A stretch of DNA of 44,769 nt from positions 1-44,769 of the forward strand of contig ADNK01001236.1 of the NCBI GenBank assembly GCA_000320545.1. The letters are read 5' to 3'. The notes below the pieces were generated by a model, which did no database searches, was not told where the DNA came from, and saw nothing but the letters and a program-made list of their open reading frames with translations. The translations under genes and the position numbers were made by a program. The first letter of the stretch is position 1. Every line of letters starts with the position of its first letter. This document shows, in pieces, positions 37,788 through 44,769 of this stretch. The stretch comes from Bigelowiella natans CCMP2755 (Eukaryota > Protista > Cercozoa).

Positions 37788-38141
37788 CGATGCTCTGCTG
37801 TGGATTTTGCTATGTCATTTTTAACAAAGATTGTTTTCACAAAACACATGGGTAGAACATTTTCATCATGTCATCATAGCAATTCAGTTCAGCAGCAGGT
37901 CGTCAGTAGGTGAAGCTTTCATGTTGCGCATTTTCGCACATTTTGCTACTGATTGCTGATGGGAAATCAAATGTCGAACACTTGACATGTCATGCTCGTG
38001 CAATTTTGCCATGTCATTCTAACAATTCAGTTCAGCAGTAGGTCGTCAGTAGGTGAATTTTTGAAATGAAAATTTTGTGTCATTCCCCTACTGACGGCAG
38101 ATGGGAAATCAAATGTGGGGTATGGTGTGGTAGTCTGCTGC
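37788..38141 (-). repeat. Right terminal inverted repeat (354 bp)
   Basis: Runs cgatgctctgctgtggat...tatggtgtggtagtctgctgc and is the reverse complement of 32755-33108. Confidence 0.97.
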
Positions 38142-38675
38142 GAGGCATGCGAATAAGCGCGTACACGAGTAAATCGCAGCACTGCTGATCGAGCACGCCC
38201 GCACGAGCTGTTTCCGATATCGCCGCCGATCGACGTGTCGTATGAACAATGAACCTGCGGTGTTGATTGACCGTACGTACCTGTCTAGCTGTGCGGCGCA
38301 GCACAAACACGAACGAAAGACTGGCGCATGCGTATCGGTGGAATGTCGTGCATCGCGTGCTCCCAGTACGTAGCGTGCGCACCATCAATGAGGCTGACGA
38401 CAAGTGTGCTATGTGCAACAGCAAGCACATTCCTGTACTATTTCACGGCGATGACGACGTCTACAGTCATGGCATTGTATTTCACGACAGCCTGCTGCGC
38501 ACATAGCTAGCATAGATAGTGATAATGCTTAAAGAAGCACGTATAAACGCACAAATAATTCGCTGTTTTCTGCGCAACATGCATCGCATGCTCATATGCC
38601 TGTGCCCTGCTCGGGGATACTGAAGGGGAGACATTATCAATCTATTAAATTCGATAGGAAATATCTTTGCGACAT

Positions 38676-38973
38676 TCACAAATTTTCATTGTACACTACT
38701 GCAAGGGCTACAAGAAATATACCCACAACAGCAAAGAGTAAAACCCCGACAACTAATGTCGTGCGGCCGGTGTCCTCTGATATATGCCGCCCATCATCTT
38801 TGCTAGTGGTGTCAGCGGGCTGTGCAGGCTCTGATGTCGTTTGCTTACCGCTACTAGCTCCATTCGCCTTCTCTACCTCGCTGCTGTTCTTCGGTTCCGT
38901 ACTACTTCTCCTCTCTTCCACCAAATGGGTCTTTCCTTTGGTGTCGGCGGGGGAACTCTTTTCCCTACAATAT

Positions 38974-39011
<38 letters not shown>

Positions 39012-39086
39012 TGTATTGGAATGAACATACGACTCGACGAAGAGATGAGTTCTTCGGGAGGCATCATCCTCCTCCCCCTCCTCCAC
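38676..39086 (-). CDS. Small tail-anchored membrane protein (model uncertain)
   Basis: Charged low-complexity ORF ending in the hydrophobic segment TLVVGVLLFAVVGIFLVALAVVY. It is interrupted by a (CA)n-containing likely intron. Confidence 0.4.
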
Positions 39087-39411
39087 CTCCTCCTCCTCAT
39101 CATCATCATTACCAGCGTATCAGCTTCTCACAAAGCTGGCGGTCGGTTGTGTGTCGTACGAGCTGTTGTTGCGAACATAATACCGTGGAGATGTCGTTAA
39201 TAGCATAACCCAAAATTGCTTATTGCTATTGTTTTCTTTGTTTCAGCAGCAGCCGTCACAATCAAAGCTACTACACATCTCTTTCGACAGCGTGGAGGAA
39301 TGCGATCTGAGCGCACCATCGCCGATGATTTCTCTCGTACGACGCGGCAATACAACGCCGTACACTACCGCGTCGAAGCAACCATCATCAATGTCTTGCT
39401 TTCTGTCATTA

Positions 39412-40455
39412 TTATGGTGTGTGTTCTTTCTGTTGTGCTAGAACCTCATCTAATAACTCCGGTTGATCCTCCAGCTTTTCTTTCAGGTAGCTTACTTGGC
39501 TGCTGACGTAACGTGCATTCACCTGTCGCGTACGTTCCATACCCACACAATTACTACGGCTTTGAGCAATAGACGAAAAAATTTAATCGGAGGTAGAGGG
39601 TAATTAAATCATGAATTAATTTAAATATATGTGAGTGCGTATTGATTCATTACATCTGGAAAATTTTCCTGTTGAAGAAAATCCTTTAATTTTGTTCCCT
39701 TCTGCATCAGCTGTACCCACACCACACACACACACACACACACAAAGCACAAAGCACCACACAACACACAAACACAGGCAAATGTGAGTTTGAATGTCTG
39801 CCAAAGATAGATGCGTCTCCCTTCCATCTTTTCCCGCAAATAATCATCATCATCATCATTCCTCAAAAAGCAAACATCGCACGCACTAACTTCTCGTCAT
39901 TCAACAACCATTGTTAGTCACCACCTTCTCTCTCAAAGACATGAGCTGCGCGACGTAGATGAGAACGTGGTACTTTGGAATACAACAATTATAATTAAAA
40001 AGCATAATTATAATGTCTTCAATACTTCGATAAGATCGAACGGTATCGATATCGTACTTGCATCTATTATCACAAGGGCTCTTGCTTATCAAAGCCCCCC
40101 CCTCCTCCTCCTCCTCCTCCTCTACCACCAGCAGCAGCAGCAGCTACCTGGATCCCCATCGCAAAGACCACATCGAGCAGCAACACGACCTGCATCATCA
40201 TCGCCATCATCATCATCATCCTCAACAACAAACAACAACAACAATAACATCTTGGTAGAAGAAACTCCTTTCAGACTTATCTATTCCTAAACGACGACAC
40301 CAGTAACAACAACGACAACGACAACTCAACTACCACTACTGCTACTATTACTGCTATTACTACTACTATACCTGTTCCAAAGGCTTTGTGCACAATGACA
40401 GGGTCTGCAATTAAGGAGTAGTAGGATGTGAGGTATCTATCAGCACCCCTCAGCA

Positions 40456-40504
<49 letters not shown>

Positions 40505-40985
40505 GCTCACAGATGGGTTGAGAGAGTATTAACATCATCATCATCATCATCATCATCATTATCATCATCATCACAACCTGCATATGACGAAATGTAATTT
40601 GTGTATGAAACCATCTCTCCGTAGGAGACATAGAATTGATTTTTTTCTGTCACAATTATGTAAAGCACATTGTAATGATGGTGAAAAGGAGGTTTTGCAT
40701 TCTTTCCCTATACGTGCACAATTTTTCAATCATCAATCACAGATTATTCCAATGCCACCCCCATTGGTAGAAAGTATGTAATCCAGCTTAGAATCTTGCT
40801 TTCCAACTTTCGCCGCTCACTCACTCTTCTTCCCATGAGATCGCAATCATCGGTGTATTAGTCATGCAGAGAAGACCAAAAAAATGAAAGCTTACGAAGT
40901 TTGCCATCAAAGCTTTGTGCAAGTTGGGGTCTACAACACGAAGGATTCTATCGGAGGAAAAATGAAACACACATCAATGCATGAA

Positions 40986-41062
<77 letters not shown>

Positions 41063-42297
41063 TGTGTGTGCGTGTGTATCTGTGTATGTATGTAACGCGG
41101 AAAGGAGTAGTACTTGTCTGCTATTCTGCAAGCAGCGTTTACTCCCAAATAAGATTGAAAATTTTTCGGGTTTTTCGAACTCGGTTTCATCCAATATGTA
41201 GGCAGCATCTGAGCAAGAATCCATAGAATATGATTGTAAAGAGAAGGAAGAAGGTCTTTCTGCAGCTATTCCGTCACACTTATTACACGGAAAACTGCAA
41301 ACACAGATGTGTTGCGTTTGAACCCGTCCTTGTTCTCTCTCTCTCTCTCTCTCTCTCGCCTCTCTCTCTTTACTAGCTATCAACCTCCACTGAGAGGCGA
41401 TGATAGCTGTGAAAGGCGTCGACTTCGTTCATACAGAGAAGAAACGGTGCGAGGAGAATATTCTGTCCTGCGCTCGGAGAAATGAAATACGAATTCAATA
41501 ACAGCACCAAATCAGAACACAGATTGGGTGCAAACTTAGGTAATACAAAATACCTTGCGTGTACTTAAAATTTGATTTATGTGAAACAGCGTGTAGAATC
41601 CTGGTCATCTGTACGCGAAGCCAGCAGGGGAAAACAAGTAGAAATCACAATCATAATTCCTTTTGTGATCAAGGAAAGAAATTCACGAAAGAGGGACCTT
41701 TCTCTTCTGCGATTCCAAATCAAAAATTTCAAGTTTCGGAAATGTTCTAAACCTTGAGGGATATATGGAGGGGGGAAATTATTTCAATTTCTATGCCAAG
41801 TTTGGAAATGTCAAAGCTCAGCGGGAATGGTGGGGGGGGCGGGGCGATGAGCTTCTTACACATCATGTCTTATAACTTTGCCTTGCACTTTATTCTCCCC
41901 CTTTTTAAGCTGCTCTTTATACTTCTCCAAAGCGGTTCGTGCTCCCCCCTGCATATTCATAGTCTCTGAGAGTCATCGCCTAATATCTTCTTATTGGCAA
42001 GGGCGCTTACCTTTTCTTCGTAGACAACTCCAAGCATTAGCTTCCATAAATTCCCCCTCAAGTTTGTTTTTCCTTCCTTGTTTCTATTTGGCAAGCGCAA
42101 GCCCAGTTTTGTGAGCGCGCCATCAACACGAACAACCTGAGAAAGAAATGTTTGTATTCCCTGCAAAGCTGTAGGGCGAAAGAAAAGGGGGAGGGGAGGT
42201 TGGGTAGGCGGACCGTCTTTAAGTTTTCTAGTTTGGCCGTGAAATCTTCCTCATTTTCTGCCTCGAGCAGTTTCTTGAACTCCTGTTCCACTGACAT
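39412..42297 (-). CDS. TBC-domain GTPase-activating protein, BUB2/Cdc16-like
   Basis: Spliced exons LRGNLWKLMLGV, FRTFPKLE, MTRILHAVSHKSNFKYTQG-QNILLAPFLLCMNEVDAFHSY, ILRVVDPNLHKAL and VLIYVAQLMSLREK match TBC motifs (D..RTF, Y.QG.N). Probable end ...LDEVLAQQKEHTP*. Confidence 0.75.
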
Positions 42298-44436
42298 GCT
42301 CTGGAGGGGGGTGGGCGCGCCGGCACCCGCGTGTCCGGCTGTTGTTAGTTAGTTAGTTAGTTAGTTATTCTTTTCGCGCCCTTGACTTCCCAGCTATGTT
42401 GTTACACCGAAGTGATTTTCATAGTGGATGTTGTCTCATAACGGACATTGCGAAAGTCAAAACTTGCATAGCGAAACATAGCAAAATTTGTGACTTATAG
42501 GACTAATAAACTTTTTTCTTTTGATTTTTAGGTTTGAGCCTTTTTTTTTTTTTTTTTTTAGGTTTGGGGCCTTTATTCTGGTAAATTTAATGATAGGAAT
42601 GTAAGGTGTGCAATTTAAAAGGAAAATTGTTGTTTAATGTTGTCGTGAAGGTTTATCAGGGAGATGGTTGTCGTCTGATTATCTGGAGTAATATGAGATT
42701 TCACAGTAGGTTTTACATAGAGGTTTTCTTGCCAGAATCAGCTCTTGTTGAAGAGTTGCGTCCGGTTGGAAAACCCGACAGCAGATTCATCAATTTCCGC
42801 GAACGGGCAAGCCAGGAATCACCTACATATTCTGACCAAAATGCACGTGGAAAACCTTTCGAGACAACAACAGTAACGGCTCACTTGTGGTTAGTCCTGT
42901 TTCTCCACATAGATCTAGATCTACGATGATCAATTATCTGTTTGTGTGAGGCGGTGGATGTCGTTGTCACACATGGAATTTTCATCGCATTTCTGGAAAT
43001 GTTATTTAGGTAATTTTCCCACCCAAAATTAGACGAATGGAGCTAGTAGCGGAAAACGGCCCGCTGACACAGACACCACTAGCAAAAACGATGGGCGGCA
43101 GGCATCGGGGGACACCGGCCGCGCGACATCAGTTGCAGGGATTTCACGTGCTAGCGTGTGGGGATGTTTCTCGTAGGCCTTGCATCAGTTTGAAATGAAA
43201 GTTTGTGAATGTCCACTGGATGTCCTGATGTCGCAAAGACAATTGCGCAAAGATGGGACAAGCCTTCGAGCTCTCCCGCCTCAGAGTCAAAACAAAAGAG
43301 AGTTCAAGTCCTTCAAACACTGCCGCAGCTTGGGGGATTCAGCCAGTCAGGACCCACCACAGCAGCCAACATGCCCATTTTTCAATCATGTTGGTTGCAA
43401 GCACCAGTTGGCACTCGCTGAAGTTTCAGTTCGAGGCACTAGCTGTGATCGTGCTTTCTGGCAATGAGTGTCACACAACACTTTCTAGCTTTGGAAATGT
43501 GGTCGATGATCAAGTTTTTTTCTTTGTTTCGTGGCGCACATGATCATGTGTGCGAGCATGCAACGTTGTGCAGCAGCCACCGAACACAATGTCTAGATGT
43601 GCTTGCTAGCTAGCTAGCTAGCTACCCAACTTGAGCGCGTCGTTTGCGCACTCTGGCACTTTTGCCAATTGACTGTTGCATGTCTAGATCTGCGCACTTT
43701 TCGCAAAGCATGCAACATCATGTTGGACGTCGCCATCGCAAGAAATGTGAGGAGAATGTGTCTGCGAACATCATCATCAACTAATTCAGTGGGAGGAAAT
43801 GCACGCGCGCATCGCATATGCATGTACGCACCATGTCACATGATTCGTTTGTGCATGTGTTGTGCCGACCGTGGGCTTGCTCACACGATGTGCACATTTA
43901 GACACAGAGTGGCACACAGAATAGAGCGAACCAGTGCCACTGGTCAAGTAGTTTGCCAGCACGCAGCTTCGGCAGATCGTTTGTGCATTAACTGTGGTCA
44001 AATCTTTGCTGGTACGGTTTGTTTAATGTAGCTCATTAAAAGCTCATCAACGATAACACATAAAGACCATAGATAACCATGTACTTGCTGCATGCTTATG
44101 AGTAAATCGTAGACATGATGAGTGTCGAGCAGCTTCTGCGATATAATTCATCTGCCTGGATGGATTGTATTTGATCTGTCGAGTGCTTAATAGCATTCGT
44201 GCAAATTGAAGCAGCCAGTACAGCTATGCTTTAGCATCTCCTGGATGTTCCGGTATGTAGTTTTTCAAGGTTGCTCGGCAGTGCTTTGTAGCGCGCAGGA
44301 CATGATCTTGCTTTACCTCTTGCGCCCTGCGTGACGAAGTTGTCCAGCACAATATTAGTAAGCCGGGAACGTTAATATAAGTTATTGTGAATTGGTAGAC
44401 CAACGGAAACAAGAGCGGTGTTCCGCAGCAAGCACG

Positions 44437-44473
<37 letters not shown>

Positions 44474-44600
44474 CACCAGATTTTCTGCATGCAATGCGGT
44501 ATGTGTGCATGTGCGTGTTTTCCCATATGGTGCCGAAATCTAATAACACTGCGGCTCTCCTTCCTCCTCCTCCTCCTCCTCCTCCTCATTATTATTATTG

Positions 44601-44631
<31 letters not shown>

Positions 44632-44769
44632 CTTTGAACATCCTCCCTCAGTGCGATCATGACTGCCTCTTGGCACAGATTCTGTAGATCCGCCGCTGAG
44701 TATCCCTCGGTCCTCCGTGCGATGCTTCTGTACAACAAATGGTATGTTAGTAGAATGGGGGGGGGGGCG

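Larger units (their letters stand above)
32755..38141. mobile_element. Integrated 5.4-kb TIR-bounded transpoviron-like / reduced Polinton-like element
   Basis: 354-bp terminal inverted repeats, an abrupt switch to AT-rich intronless compact ORFs, and a PolB-remnant/SF1 helicase fusion. No capsid, ATPase or integrase is visible. Confidence 0.88.

Noticed and set aside
42343-42366. (TTAG)n run as a possible telomeric repeat
   Set aside because: It is short, internal and not TTAGGG. It is an ordinary tetranucleotide microsatellite upstream of the TBC gene.

Overview
Eukaryotic (protist) nuclear DNA with GT-AG introns rich in microsatellites. The style suggests a flagellated alga/rhizarian such as a chlorarachniophyte, but this is inference. 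Host genes in order: 3' part of MIOS (GATOR2 Mio/Sea4, +), two PH-domain low-complexity genes (-), adenylate kinase 7 (-), an F-box plus multi-pass membrane gene (+), outer-arm dynein intermediate chain DNAI1/IC78 (-), a CFAP52/WDR16-like WD40 gene (+) and a BUB2/Cdc16-like TBC GAP (-). The main feature is a 5.4-kb intronless element (32755-38141) bounded by 354-bp terminal inverted repeats that differ at 2 positions. It encodes a degenerate PolB-remnant/SF1 helicase/HNH fusion (the Polinton/PLV/Tlr1/transpoviron signature), a chromodomain-like protein, a small basic protein and a GC-rich type I membrane 'cargo' gene. A perfect 20-bp hairpin of giant-virus terminator type follows the helicase. 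I see no capsid, packaging ATPase, integrase or transposase, so it looks transpoviron-like or like a reduced PLV. The element and several intergenic relics also show directional TpA->CpA/TpG change, the opposite of fungal RIP, which may reflect a repeat-targeted hypermutation process. Host gene models were built by eye, so their boundaries are approximate.
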